64,000 nt of DNA from Octopus sinensis (GCF_006345805.1 NC_042998.1:32302001-32366000); one strand, 5' to 3'. Shown: positions 1 through 12,671, counted from the stretch's first letter. Numbers and translations are program-made. Notes: generated by a model from the letters alone, not told the origin.

Positions 1-339
1 ATTTCACATTATGTAGCTTGTTATTCCCTTTAGGTGAACATTTTTATGGTTGAAATACACCGAAAAATGGCGACACAGCAGTTATTTATTCAAAGATTCC
101 TGTCAATCGTAAAAAATAGGGATTTTCATAGAAAAAAAGCGCCTTTTTGATGTAAATAATTTATGGTGTTAACATGGTCCGATTTGAATTTTTTCTTCTA
201 CGGAAGGAAGAGCAAGCCTTCTTCTATCATACTCTCAATTTTGGTCAACTTGCGCCGCAGGGTCTCGGTGGAGATAGTGTTAGTTGAAGGATACCAAACC
301 TGCCATACACAGACAACTTCAGCTTTATATAGAGAGAGA
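1..339 (-). mobile_element. Non-autonomous Helitron-like element, 5' part (runs off window start)
   Basis: Minus strand starts A|TCTCTCTCTATATAAAGCTGAAGTTGTCTG, the same style of 5' end as the complete Helitron at 43144-43440; 3' end not in window. Confidence 0.5.
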
Positions 340-1107
340 TTTCATATGCTTTGTTTGGTAGCTTGTCATATTTTTCTTCAATATTTAGACACCCATTCCT
401 TGTTTAGATCTTTAACCATTTAGTATAGTTTCCTTGATACTTACTCCATAACGTCTCTTTTCTTTTTTTCTTTTTCAGCTGTTTTGCTAATCCAGAAACC
501 TTTTACTGATCCAGTTTCCTCTAATAATTATCAATTGTCCAATCTAATATTTGTTTCTGTTGCCTTGTTTTTGTATTGTTTTTTTTTTTCAGATCTCTCC
601 TGTCAACAAAGCTGATTAAAATACCTATATCTGTCAAAAAATTCCAAACTCCCTTCACTTTTACAGAGAATTCTGTCAAATTTAGTCATTATTTATTCAA
701 AGGCTCCTGTCAATTCTTGAAGAGTGATATTTCTTCTTATCAATGCTTTAAATTTTTTGTTATGCTTGTATTTTTTTAAATTTTGCAACATATTTTATTC
801 TTGTATATTGATTCTTCATGGGAGATTCCAGCTTTATTTAATATCATTAATATGGCTACTGATCTTTCAACAATGGTCTTTTAAAACAGGATTGTTGCAT
901 AAATTATCATAATCACCACTTATATTTTTCTGGATCTTGAAAAAAGTTTTGCACTCATTCATCTCTGCAATTGATTTTTTTTGGAAGGAGGAAAAGTGAT
1001 AAAAGTGCAAATATCACCAAGCTTTTGGCAAAATTTGATGCAGATTCTCTGCTCAATTCTCTGCCATAGTCACTGAGGAAACCTCTGTGGTGTGGCGAAA
1101 TGACCAC

Positions 1108-1340
1108 AAGGCAGCAAGCTGGCAGAAACGTTAGCGCACCGGGCGAAATGCGTAGCCGTATTTCATCTGCCATTACGTTCTGAGTTCAAATTCCGCCGAG
1201 GTCCACTTCGCCTTTCATCCTTTCGGGATCAATTAAATAAGTACCAGTCACGCACTGGGGTCGATGTAATCAACTTAATCCCTTTTCTGTACTTGTTAAT
1301 CCCCTCTGTGTTTAGCCCCTTGTGGGTAGTAAAGAAATAG
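1108..1340 (+). mobile_element. tRNA-derived SINE family B
   Basis: Head GAGCTGGCAGAAACGTTAGC...GAGTTCAAATTCC (B-box), body GCCTTTCATCCTTTCGGG; 12-bp target duplication GAAATGACCACA at 1097-1108 and 1340-1351. Confidence 0.9.
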
Positions 1341-1877
1341 AAATGACCACATCCTACACACTTCCAAGCACTGCTATAAACAGCAGATGAAAGTGAGAAC
1401 ATTACAACTCAATGCACATGCATAACAGAGTTGAAGGTCAATTTGTGCCAACTGGCTTCACTCTGCATATTTTAGCTCAGTTACCATAGCAACAATCTCA
1501 ATACGTTTTGATCAGACCTCATATGCTTTCCTCCCAACTAAACCATATTTTTCCTGTTATGGGTCATATACTCTCCACAAATCTCTTTATCCTGATAAAA
1601 TTCCAAATATATATCTACATTAAAGGAATGTTTATATGTACATCTGAAACACAGCAAGTTCCAACGAGAAAAGACTTTCTACATAGTCTTTAACAGTGGA
1701 CAGATAGTTGTTGCTTTTTTTTACCTCAGGTCATTACTAACACAATACGGTATGAGAGATCACGACCATCATCATTATGCAGCATCTTAATATGCAGATA
1801 ACCTCATGGTGCTTTTCTTCTCCCTAATATCACAAGTTGCTGGTATCTCTAAGAGAAACTCCTTTAATTCTTCTAAC

Positions 1878-2067
1878 AGGAGTGGCTGTGTGGTAAGTAG
1901 CTTGTTTACCAGCCACGTGGTTCCGGGTGCATATAGTAGAAGACACTTGCCCAAGGTCCCACGCACTGGCACCTTGGGCAAGTGTCCTCTACTATAGCCT
2001 CAGGCCAACTAAAGCCTTGTGAGTGGATTTGGTAGACCGAAGCTGAAAGAAGCTCGTCGTATATATA

Positions 2068-2099
<32 letters not shown>

Positions 2100-2430
2100 G
2101 TGCGCGTGTGTGTGGTGTGTGTTTGTGTTTGTGCGTGTGGATGTGTGTGTGTATGGATGTGTGTGTTTGTGTTTGTGTGTGTGGATGTGTGTGTGTGGAT
2201 GTGTGTGTGTGTATGTGTGTTTGTGTGCCTGTGTTTGTTCCCCCACCATCGCTTGATAACTGATGTTGGTGTGTGTATGCCACCATAACTTAGCAGTTCG
2301 GTAAGAGAGACCGCTAGAATAAGTACTAGGCTTACAAAGAATAAGTCCTGGGGTCGATTTGCTCGACTAAAGGCGGTGCTCCAGCATGGCCGCAGTCAAA
2401 TGACTGAAACAAGTAAAAGAGTAAAAGAGT
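1878..2430 (+). mobile_element. tRNA-derived SINE family A, full length with internal (TA)n/(TG)n
   Basis: Head AGGAGTGGCTGTGTGGTAAGTAGC, internal microsatellite, 3' GACTGAAACAAGTAAAAGAGTAAAAGAG; more than 15 homologous copies in window. Confidence 0.9.
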
Positions 2431-2509
2431 ATACTACACAGTCATCTTATTCAGTACGCTGGATGAATGAGGGTGACTGATTTAGATGTCAGCTACCCAA
2501 AAACAGTGG

Positions 2510-3004
2510 ACGTGCAATGGCCCAGTGGTTAGGGCAGCGGACTCGCGGTTGTAGGATCGTGGTGGCAATTCCCAGGCCAGGCATTGTGAGTGTTCATTGA
2601 GCAAAAAGACCTAAAGCTCCATGAGACTCCAGCAGGGAGTGGTGGTGAACCCTGCTGTACTCTTTCACCACAACTTTCTCTCACACTTTCTTCTTGTTTC
2701 TGTTGTACCTGTATTTTCAAAGGGCCATCCTTGTCGCACTCTGTGTCACGCTGAATCTCTCGAAAACTACATTAAGGGTACACATGTCTGTGGAGTGTTC
2801 AGCCACTTGTACGTTAATAAATGAGCTGTGACATCACTGTATCGGCCTTTGCCTTTCCCTTGGATAACATCAGTGGCATGGAGAGTGGAGGCTGGTATGC
2901 ATGGGTGACTGCTGGTCTTCCATAAACAACCTTACCCAGACTTGTGCCACGGAGGGTAACTTTCTAGGTGCAATCCCATGGTCATTCATGACCGAAGGGG
3001 GTTA
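2510..3004 (+). mobile_element. tRNA-derived SINE family D
   Basis: A-box TGGCCCAGTGG at 2518-2528 with degenerate B-box; central segment GTCACGCTGAATCTC...GTCTGTG recurs near 36990-37043. Confidence 0.6.
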
Positions 3005-3317
3005 CAACACAACCCAACAACAAGAAAGGATAAACTGCATTTTATATTAACAGTAGCATACTGTCAGCTAAATGCAACAAAATTAGAATTAATGGCTGAA
3101 TATGATATATTAACGAAATTTTTCACTGTGGATGTATTTAATAGATTAGCTTAATTAAAAATGTGTTTCTCTTTATTACAGGTGTAATTTTAATTAATTA
3201 AAAGTGTTGTGTGGCGTACTTCATAAAATAAGTTATCCTTCCCCAACATACACTCTTCTTCATTTAGAAGGAAACTGGTGGAAACACTCAAATGTCATCA
3301 TTTTAGATTACCCTGAG

Positions 3318-3750
3318 GTGGTAAGATGGTAGGATTTTAGCATGCCAGACAAAATGCTTAGCGGCATTTCGTCTGTCTTTACGTTCTGAGTTCAAATACT
3401 GCTGAGGTCAACTTTGCCTTTCATCCTTTCAGGGTCGATAAATTAAGTACCAGTTACGCACTGGGGTCGATGTAATTGACTTAATCCCTTTGTCACTCCT
3501 TGTTTGTTCCCTCTATGTTTAGCCCCTTGTGGGCAATAAAGAAATATAAAACGTTAGCAAGCCGGGTGAAATGCTTAGCGGCATTTCGTCTATCTTTACG
3601 TTCTGATTTCAAATTCTGCCGAGGTCAACTTTACCTTTCATCCTTTCAGGGTCAATGAAATAAGTATCAGTCATGCACTGGGGTCGATTACATTGACTAG
3701 CCCCTTTTCCCTAAACTTTCAGACCTTGTGCCTATAACTGAAAGGAATAT
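3318..3750 (+). mobile_element. SINE family B, two fused units
   Basis: Two consecutive TTCTGAGTTCAAAT...CCTTTCATCCTTTCAGGG bodies. Confidence 0.8.
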
Positions 3751-3983
3751 TTTAAATTACTGCCTCAGTGAACGTTTTTCAGACAGAGCTTACGTATCCT
3801 CTCAGTTATTCTTTGGTAAATCTAATAAAACAAATAATTTGCTGAGCAGATATAATACAAATAAAATTTCTATGAAATAATTACCCAAATTTGCTACTTC
3901 AAACACATCTTCCTGCACTATTAGAAAATTACTATTTTTAAATCTCACGACGTGAGATATTCAGCAACAGTACTTTGTAGTAA

Positions 3984-4388
3984 AGATTATTTGCCAACAT
4001 AACATGGTAGTCCTAGTTTAGGACGTATGTTGCTGTAATTTAGCCCCAGGAGACATCGTCTCCAGCTGGCTGCATGACATAATCTGTGTCCTTATATTTT
4101 CAAACAAGGGAATCTCGCACTTCCACTCAGCTCAAAACAATATCTGTGTATCACGATTTCCGGGTTATTTCCCTTCATCAGCACAGAATAATTGTTTGGC
4201 TAGAAGTGGCAATGCCAAATTCCTGTTTGAAATATATTGTTTTCAAAGTGACAACTAGATTCCCTTGTTCGAAAATATAAGGACACACATCATATTGTAT
4301 AGCCAGCTGAAGACAATGTCTCCTGGGGCTAAATTACAGCAACATTTGTCCTAAATCAGGACTGCCATATTATATTGGCAAATAATCT
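3984..4388. mobile_element. Fold-back element with ~140-bp inverted arms and an internal HHR-like motif
   Basis: Left arm AGATTATTTGCCAACATAACATGGTAGTCC... is the reverse complement of right arm ...GGACTGCCATATTATATTGGCAAATAATCT. Confidence 0.85.
4143..4187 (-). ncRNA. Minimal type I hammerhead ribozyme-like motif
   Basis: Minus strand TCTGTG-CTGATGA-AGGG-aaataa-CCCG-GAAA-TCGTGA-TA-CACAGA: 6-bp stem I, intact core, A/G mismatch at base of stem II. Confidence 0.6.
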
Positions 4389-4399
4389 ATATTCCTGCA

Positions 4400-5440
4400 C
4401 TATGTTATTCAAATTTAAACTGTTTGGGAGTTGTTAATCAAGTCTTTCTTGATAGAAAGTATCATTCATAGTAATTTATTTTCTCTTCATTACAAGTATA
4501 ATGTTAATTAATTAAACCTTTAGGGGGCATCACTACATTTTGTTAAACCCCACTTAACTATTAGTTCTACAAGCAGAAATTATCACTGGGAAATTTTCCC
4601 ATATTATAGAAATAAAATGATAGCTACTAAATTAAGTAGGTAATTAATTTGATAATTATTTGCTATCAGTGAAAAATGACAACCATTCTTGGCACAATTC
4701 TGTTTCACAAAATGTAGGTGATGCATTTAAAATCCAACCTATTTTTGCTTTGTTAAGACAATGAAGGAAAGAAACATATCTCTACATTATCATCATCATC
4801 ATCGTTTGACGTCCGCTTTCCATGCTAGCATGGGTTGGACGATTTTGACTGAGGTCTGGCGAACCAGATGGCTGCACCAGACTCCAATCTGATCTGGCAG
4901 AGTTTCTACAGCTACATTAATACATAAATTATTTATTCAACTAAAGTAAGTTTTATATTGCATGGGTTTTGCCATCAGGTAATGTATTTACTGCAGAACA
5001 TTTATACTAAAAAAAATATGTTCTTAAATATTAATAAAATTTCATATATAATAATAAAATGTATTTCCCTGGGTAGTAATTTCAGCATCAATTTCCTGTT
5101 GATAAACAAAACCCAAATAAGATCTTATACTTCAAGCTTGCTTCGAAAATAAATAGGATCAATTTCTTTTTTCTTCTTTCCATTAGGCAGTTACTTATAT
5201 TTGAAAAATATTTAATAACCAAACATATTGCTAAAAGTTATTCTTGATTTCAAGTAGATCAAGATTTAGTAATTTGTTTCTCAAATATTGATTTTAATTT
5301 AAATATTTTATACTTATCAACTGATAAGGGAAACAAATAAAGAAAACAGAAATATGAGAATTATCATCATCATCATCATCATCATCCTAATTGCTGTAGT
5401 ATCAAATGATTAAAATTTATTAACTTTACAGCAAGAGGAT
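4400..5440. repeat. Old locally repeated block A, copy 1
   Basis: Shares CAGTTACTTATATTTGAAAAATATTTAATAAC...ATTGCTAAA(A/G)GTTATTCTTGATTTCAAGT and other anchors with 12905-14550 and 20420-22620. Confidence 0.75.
4790..4911 (-). mobile_element. 5'-truncated RTE-type 3'UTR fragment with (GAT)n tail
   Basis: Reverse complement of ...CCCATGCTAGCATGGAAAGCGGACGT(T)AAACGATGATG; 8-bp TSD CTACATTA at 4782-4789 and 4912-4919. Confidence 0.85.
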
Positions 5441-5529
5441 GTGAACAAATTTAATATTAGAGTTTTACATCAATTGTTCCATAAAAATATGAATTACCTT
5501 TTTTCTTCAAATGACTTCATCTGATAATG

Positions 5530-6725
5530 AATTTCATCAAACTGCACCACAGAGCTCTCCCCCAATTTAGTTTTGACATGTCTTCTGTTTCATGGCATGT
5601 GTCTTTACCAATGCCAGCAAAGAAGTTGAATGCTATTTTATTGTCTATTAAAGTGTGGAAATCTCCCAAAGTATAACATCTAATAAAGCATTGGGGTCAG
5701 CATGATAAAGTGGCTCACAAAAGCTGTCCTTCATTAAGCAACAATTGTTGTTGTTGTTAAGCAACAAGATGGATGAAGGTGATTAGGTGATGGTCTAGGG
5801 CTTAGGGGCGGGAGACCCCAGACCTTGGAAAAAAAAAAGAAAACTTTGGTCGTCTTGTTGTAGTCGAGGACTCTTCATTGACACCCGACACCACTGGAAG
5901 GTGGCCCTCAAAGTCGCTGGAAATGGAGATCTCTGGGTCCAAATTCTTGGATGGCTGTGGCTGCTGTTGTTGTTGTTGTTAAGCAATAAGATGGGTAAGG
6001 GTGATTAGGTGATGGCCTAGGGCTTAGGACCGTGAGACTTCAGACCTTGGAAAAAGAAAACTTTGGTCGTCTTGTTGTAGTCGAGGACTCTTCATTGACA
6101 CCCGACACCTCTGGGAGGTGACCCTCGAAGTCGCTGGAAATGGAGATCACTAGGTCCAAATTTTTGGATGGCTGTTGCTGCTGCTGTTGTTGTTGTTGTT
6201 AAGCAATAAGACGGGTAAGGGTGATTAGGTGATGGTCTAGGGCTTAGGGCCGGGAGACCTCAGACCTTGGAAAAAAAAAAAACTTTAGTCATCTTGTTGT
6301 AGTCGAGGGCTCTTCATTGGTGCTCAATACCACTGGGAGGTGGCCCTCGAAGTCGCTGGAAATGGAAATCTCCTGGTCCAAATTCTTGAATGGCAGCAAC
6401 AATTGTAGGGGTGGGTGGGTGGTATATTTCCATAAATTTCTCTTTTGGTCTTCTTCTTATGCCATGAAATGTTTGGAGCTCCAGTGAGATGTCAAGTGTA
6501 TAATCTTAAATCTTCTTCATAGTTCAGGTTTTGGCACCATAAAGAAAAATGTTATCTCTGCATATCCTGAAAAAGGGAGACTTTGTTGACTTTGAAGCAC
6601 TTGATTGCCAGATGCTGTAAAGCTTGTTGCAAGTTGTTACAAGTTCTCTTGTGTTTGTCTTGTGTGTGCCAGGAAGTCCTTCTTACTGTCAGTAACACGA
6701 GCACAACCCATGAAATTTCTACAGT
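5530..6725 (-). pseudogene. Decayed RTE-clade LINE ORF2 fragment (C-terminal RT region), interrupted at 5749-6406
   Basis: Minus-strand translation gives CNKLYSIWQSS...FFRICRDNIFLYGAKT*TM...NISWHKKKTKREIYGNIP and, across the insertion, RTAFVSH...DVILW; resembles RTE LYGAETWT/ISW/RFAGH motifs, with stops and frameshifts. Confidence 0.65.
5749..6406 (-). repeat. Tandem trimer of a ~221-bp GC-richer unit with (CAA)n joints
   Basis: Unit anchors TTAAGCAA at 5757, 5979, 6199; flanked by 12-bp direct repeat AGCAACAATTGT (5737-5748, 6395-6406). Confidence 0.9.
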
Positions 6726-6799
6726 CATTTTGAAAATGATAACAATGTTGGAAGTTTATAGAAAACCGAAAAATATATCAACAAAAACAATTGCAGTGT

Positions 6800-6945
6800 G
6801 GATGGTGTTTCTAAGCCATTTAAAACACACAAAAACTGTTAGATTCACTTCTACATTTAAATTTAATTTGCCAAAATATTTTCGTCACTTTGAGACTGTG
6901 ACCCATTCACTGACAAAATTCTGTGCTGCATAATGTCTTTAAAAT
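6800..6945 (-). mobile_element. Single arm of the fold-back family seen at 54804-55061, with decayed G3-variant HHR motif (6870-6914)
   Basis: Clear homology (AAGCCATTTAAAACACACAAAAA...TTCACTGACAAAATT); stem II GTCAC/GTGAC perfect, core decayed to GTGAATG. Confidence 0.8.
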
Positions 6946-6999
6946 TCAATTTTTTCTGAAGCATTTATTTCTTGAGATGGTGCTAAGTCAATCGTCAGA

Positions 7000-7590
7000 A
7001 ATTATAGGGAATATGTAGTTTTAGGAGGAACCTGATATAATGATTTGGGATAAAGAAGAGAAACTGTGCACAGTTGTGGAAATTAGCTGCCCAGCAGATG
7101 TTAACATAAAGCTGAAGATCAGTGAAAAAGAGAATACCTATATTGAACTATTGAGGAATCTGCAGTTACTCTATCCAGATTACAAGTTCAGGTTTATACC
7201 TGTAATTATTGGGAACCTGGAATGCATAACACACTGCATAAATACCAATGTTGAGAAATTAGGTGTCTCAAAATTAGAAAGGAGAAAGCTAATTCAAAGA
7301 GCACAGATCCAATCCATCACTGAAACTGTAAAAATCTGTAAAACTTTCCAGAAGTTTATCATTTAAATATATCTGAGCATGTCTAGACATGTAACTATGT
7401 GCATGGGAATACATAAATAAAACATACAAATCTCCACATACATGCGTAAATGCATACATACATACACATACATACATACATACATACATACCCTGTTGTT
7501 GATGTTGAAATTCCAATGAAAGAACCTTGGACCTAGGTTAGAAACCAGTTCTTTCTCTATTGACAAGAAATCTTGAAATAAACTGAATAA
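7000..7590 (+). pseudogene. 3' end of an REL-endonuclease non-LTR retrotransposon (R2/R4-like group) plus 3'UTR
   Basis: PDIMIWDKEEKLCTVVEISCPADVNI...EKENTY...IPVIIG matches the PD..(D/E)..P..K..Y restriction-like endonuclease pattern; ORF 7040-7366; ends in (CATA)n. Confidence 0.75.
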
Positions 7591-8050
7591 TGACATACAT
7601 ATACACATACATGCATACATACATACATAAATACATACATACATACATATATAAATACATACATACATACATACATACATAAATACATACATACATACAT
7701 ACATACATACATACATACATACATACATACATGCATATATACATACATCCACAGTCCATTTAGTGATGATGATAACACTGATACATACACACACAAACAT
7801 GTATGCATGCATGTACACTCACACACATATATACGTATATACATACATTCACATACATACAAACACAAACGCATACACACACACAAAGGCAACCTCACCC
7901 ACAGATGCCGACGCACAGACATATGTATGAATGTTTGCACCCATATATAGATATATACATGCAATTTTGTGTGACTGTGTGTGTGTGTGTGTCTGTGTGC
8001 GTGTGTGTATATGCGAGTGCATGTGTGTTTATAAAACACTTATTTTTCAG
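7440..8050. repeat. (CATA)n/(CA)n/(TG)n compound microsatellite
   Basis: Direct inspection. Confidence 0.95.
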
Positions 8051-8576
8051 TAATTAAATCTCAGTCAAATATCTTCAGGAATAATATAAAGATTGTATTG
8101 ATAATAAATTATATTTTGACTTTTTTCTTCCCCCGCTCAATTTATCACTTATCGGTGACATTTTGAGATCTGAAATTTATGAAGATAATATTTAACATGA
8201 TAATTACTTCCAGTAAGGTACATGCATGAAATCATCCACAGTTTTTGTTCAGTTTAAGCTCATAAAAGTTAATTCTTTGCTATAAGTTCCTTACTTTAAG
8301 TGCTTAGATGCTCATCACCATCTCTTATGAAGAACACTCTACCATCATCATCATCATCATCACTTCACCAGAAGGAGATTCTATTACAATTTGCAATATG
8401 TCACACATGCACGCATACACACACACACCATATATTTACACTCACATGACACACATACATAAATACATACATACTTACATACATACACATATACATACAT
8501 ATTACATGCATACATGCACACACACATTCATACATACATGCATACATACATGTATACATACATGTATAGATATATA

Positions 8577-8819
8577 TTGAGTTGGTGCATAATTATTGCG
8601 GCTTTTTTTTCAACAAATTTTATTCAACAAAACCAATAACATGTAATAAAAACATCTTTAAATTATTGTTCTGGAGCATATTCACCATCTACTTCAATTA
8701 CTGCATCCCATTTGCTTGGCCTACGGTCAGACTGTCATTTAAAGATGCTTTTGTTAAATATTGTAATTGTTGAATAAGATTTGTTGAAAAAAAACTGCAA
8801 TAATTATGCACCAACCCAA
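8577..8819. mobile_element. Mariner-type MITE
   Basis: TIR TTGAGTTGGTGCATAATTATTGCGG / CTGCAATAATTATGCACCAACCCAA, TA on both sides; resembles the Hsmar1/MADE1-type TIR TTAGGTTGGTGCAAAAGTAATTGCGG. Confidence 0.85.
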
Positions 8820-8898
8820 TATATACATACAGACATACATCTACTGCGATGTGGAACATACTATCAAAAATGTAGGGTGAATGTACAATAAAAAATCC

Positions 8899-9042
8899 AT
8901 TATTTACATTATTTACATTTGGTGGATATTTGTCCTCATCTTGTTTGTTGTTAATACATTTTGGCTGATATACCCTCCAGCCTTCATAAGGTCTCTTGGG
9001 AAAATTTTGCACTTAGGTTCTCATTGGTAAGGTATTTTTCGA

Positions 9043-9088
<46 letters not shown>

Positions 9089-9231
9089 GTTATTATTCAG
9101 GTCACTGCCTGGAATCGAACTCGGAATTTTGGGGTTAGCAGCATGCGCTCTTAACCACTACACCATATGCCCGTGGGCTTAAGAATGCAAGCTACTAACC
9201 CCAAGATTCCGAGTTTGATTCCAGACAGTGA

Positions 9232-9282
<51 letters not shown>

Positions 9283-9573
9283 TAATAATAATAATGATGA
9301 TAATAATAATAATGATAATAATAATAATAACATCAAAAAATACATTAAGAATGATAAACCAGGTTCGAAATTTTCCCAAGACACCTGATAAAGGCTGGAG
9401 AGTACACCAGCTGAAATGTTGTGTTAACAACAAACAAGATGAGGACAAATATTTATCAAATGTAAATAATTTAAATAATGCACATAATTCCTAATCTCTT
9501 AAATATAGAACTGAAATATCTGTCAAATGTAAATAATGTACATAATTCCTCATCTCTTAAATATAGAGCTGTA
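8899..9573. mobile_element. Head-to-head pair of tRNA-head/(AAT)n/HHR-tail units (family H), pair 1
   Basis: Minus unit 8899-9172, centre ATATGCCCGTGGGC, plus unit 9179-9573; HHR cores decayed (e.g. CTGATAA at 9385-9391). Confidence 0.85.
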
Positions 9574-10009
9574 TTATCCAGGAACAAGCTAACATTTATT
9601 CTGAATTAATGTGAAACTTACAGCTCCCCTGACCATAAATTCTCTTTTGTACCTTATATCATAGGTGCATTTGTGCATTAGGCTATGTACCTATAAATTT
9701 ACACAAAATCCTAGAAATAATAGGTCTTTCAAAGAAAGAGCAAAAAGAATGACACAAATTCTCCAAATCCTATGTTTTAGTGGGTCAGTGAAGATTTGTA
9801 ATACATTCCAAAGATTTTTCCATCTGAGATTCTTTAGATGAATGGCTGCACACACTTGGGTGTATGCACTGCAGCTCAACCAACGCACCAACTCACCCAC
9901 ATAATTACAAACACCAGGAATTCTCTTAACTGAAAGTGTCTCGTCTCGCTTTGTTAGTGACTGCCTTAAGCTCTCTTAAGGAGAGCTTAAATAAAATTCG
10001 AAGAAATAC

Positions 10010-10580
10010 AATCATATACATATACACACATACATATATACACACACATACATACACACATACACACATACATACATATATACACACATACACACATACA
10101 CACACACACATACATACATACATTCATACATGCACACACATACATACATGCACACATACATATATACACGTATAAATACACACACACATGCAAATACATA
10201 AATGCATACATGCATACACACTTACACATACATACATACATACACATGCACACATACATACACACATACATACAAACTAATAAATACATATATACATACA
10301 TACACACTTACACATACATACATACATACACACCTACATATATACATATATACACATACATACATACATACACACACACATACATACACACTCACACATA
10401 CATACACACACATACATACATACATACATACATACATACATACATGCATACATACATACACACTCAGACATACATACATACATACATACGCACACACATG
10501 CAAATACATGCATACATACATACATACATACATACATACATACATACATACACACTCAGACATACATACATACATACATG
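10010..10580. repeat. (CATA)n/(CA)n microsatellite
   Basis: Direct inspection. Confidence 0.95.
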
Positions 10581-11034
10581 TCTGTACAATTATCTAACAA
10601 TTATCTTTAAAAAATCTCAAGTATAATTCAGCTCAATGGCTTACCTTGAATTATTCTCCAGATTTAGTTTATTGTCGGCTGTAGTACAACTAAGTTTTAT
10701 TTTTATCATTTCTATATTTTATAATATTTTTTCTTCTGTTTCTTCTTCATATTGATTCTGTTACTGTTCTTATTTTCCAACACACTTCAATCAAACAGCT
10801 TTAGTTTCCCAATGGTTCTTAACTTCCTTTCATCAAGAATTTTGTCAACTGTTATTTAAAGAATCTTGATAAATTATTTACATTTACATTTGACGGATGT
10901 TTGTCCTCATTTCGTTTGATGTTAACACATTTTGGCTGATATACCTTCCAGCTTTCATCAGGTGTCTTGGGGAAATTTCGAACCTGGGTTCTCATTCCCA
11001 AGGTATTTATCAATGTTATTATTATTATTATTAT

Positions 11035-11126
11035 TCAGTAGTTTTATTTTTATAGCGTGCTTTCACTTCACTACCGAGCACAGCTCTGTGTGCCTTGGGT
11101 ATGTGCTGTGATTTGTTGTGATGCTC

Positions 11127-11128
<2 letters not shown>
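11035..11128 (-). mobile_element. 3'UTR fragment of the R4/Dong-like LINE seen at 46766-47150, inserted in (TTA)n
   Basis: Reverse complement matches 47052-47146 (AAGAGCATCACAACAAATCACAGCACATACCCAAGGCACACAGAGCTGTGCTC...). Confidence 0.85.
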
Positions 11129-11160
<32 letters not shown>

Positions 11161-11165
11161 CATCA

Positions 11166-11265
<100 letters not shown>

Positions 11266-11357
11266 CACCGCCTGGAATCAAACTTGGAATCTTGGGGTTA
11301 GTACGCCTGTGCTCTTAACCACTATACCATATACCCAGCAGTAACTATGCCATAATA

Positions 11358-11470
11358 AGCCCAGTATACCCATCATGACTACCCGTCTGATAAGGGTACA
11401 TCAGGTACTTGTGATGCATGTACCTGGTGTACCCTTATCAGACGGGTAGTCATGATGGGTATACAGGGCT
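11358..11470. repeat. Near-perfect 51-bp-arm hairpin
   Basis: Arms 11358-11408 and 11420-11470, two differences, 11-nt loop TTGTGATGCAT; right arm plus flank recurs, diverged, near 46160-46260. Confidence 0.9.
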
Positions 11471-11520
11471 TCGTATATTTTACCCCAGTGTCACTTTGAT
11501 GTCATGCATTGCTCTCTCAC

Positions 11521-11560
<40 letters not shown>

Positions 11561-11617
11561 CAACAATAACATCAAAAATACCTTAGGAATGAGAACCCAG
11601 GTTCGAAATTTCCCCAA

Positions 11618-11663
11618 GACACCTGATGAAGGCTGGAGGGTATATCAGCCGAAATGTTGTGTC
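11618..11663 (+). ncRNA. Minimal HHR motif of family H
   Basis: GACAC-CTGATGA-A-GGCTG-gagggtatat-CAGCC-GAAA-TGT-T-GTGTC; perfect 5-bp stems I and II, one extra A after A9. Confidence 0.7.
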
Positions 11664-12276
11664 AACAACAAACAAGATGAGGACAAATATCCGTCTAATG
11701 TAAATAATGTACATAATTCCTCATCTCTTAAATACAGAACTGTATCATCTTGGTAAATGTTCAACACATGCAACTAATACAAATAAAGATATGAATTTTC
11801 CTCCTTTATGTAAGTTTTACTCTTCCATTTTTAGATTTTTAATATTCCCAAATCTTATTTTTGCCCTGTATTTTTATTTTTCTCCTGAAAAATTTCAGCT
11901 TAATCTTGATCACCATAATTAAAATCTCATGAACACTGCCTAGTTTCACTAACTGTATTTTCTTTAGATTTTGCAAGAATATTTCCAGTTCTTTATCATT
12001 GTAATTACTAATTAGATCAAACATTTGTATTATCAAGGCATTATACTGTTTATCTGCCAAGTTTACTGTGCAATTTCTACTGGAAATCAGTGAGCAAGTC
12101 ATTAACATTAAATATTCCAATATTCCATCAGCGGTGGTGCCCCAGCATGGCCACGGCCTTCGGGCTAAAACATTTTTAAGGATTTTAGGGATTTTATACC
12201 CTGAAGCTTACAACCCTCATTGATCTTCCCTTCTTTTATACAAAACCATATTTAATGTCTATCGTCTATCAATGCA

Positions 12277-12664
12277 CTTGTTTCAGTCATTTGACTGTGG
12301 CCATGCTGGAGCACAGCCTTTAGTAAAGCAAATCGACCCCAGGACTTATTCTTTGTAAGCCTAGTACTTATTCTATCAGTCTCTTTTGCTGAATCACTAA
12401 GTTACAGGGACATAAACACACCATCATCAGTTGTCAAGCGATGTTCGGGGGACAAACACAGATACACAAACATACACACATATATATATATATATATAAG
12501 CATATATACAATGGGTTTCTTTCAGTTTCCATCTACCAAATCCACTCACAAGGATTTGGTTGGCCCGAGGCTATAGCAGAAGACACTTGCCCAAGGTGCC
12601 ACACAGTGGGACTGAACCTCGTACCATGTGGCTGGTAAGCAAGCTATTTACCACACAACCACTC
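12277..12664 (-). mobile_element. SINE family A
   Basis: Full-length reverse-complement homology to 1878-2430. Confidence 0.9.
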
Positions 12665-12671
12665 ATATAAT

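Noticed and set aside
5757-6406. Hammerhead in the 221-bp trimer unit
   Set aside because: ATGAAGA-GTC-ctc-GAC is not followed by GAAA and positions 3 and 8 do not pair.
11839-12120. 93-aa ORF as a host exon
   Set aside because: No recognisable domain; the paralogous segment near 16100-16330 does not keep the frame.
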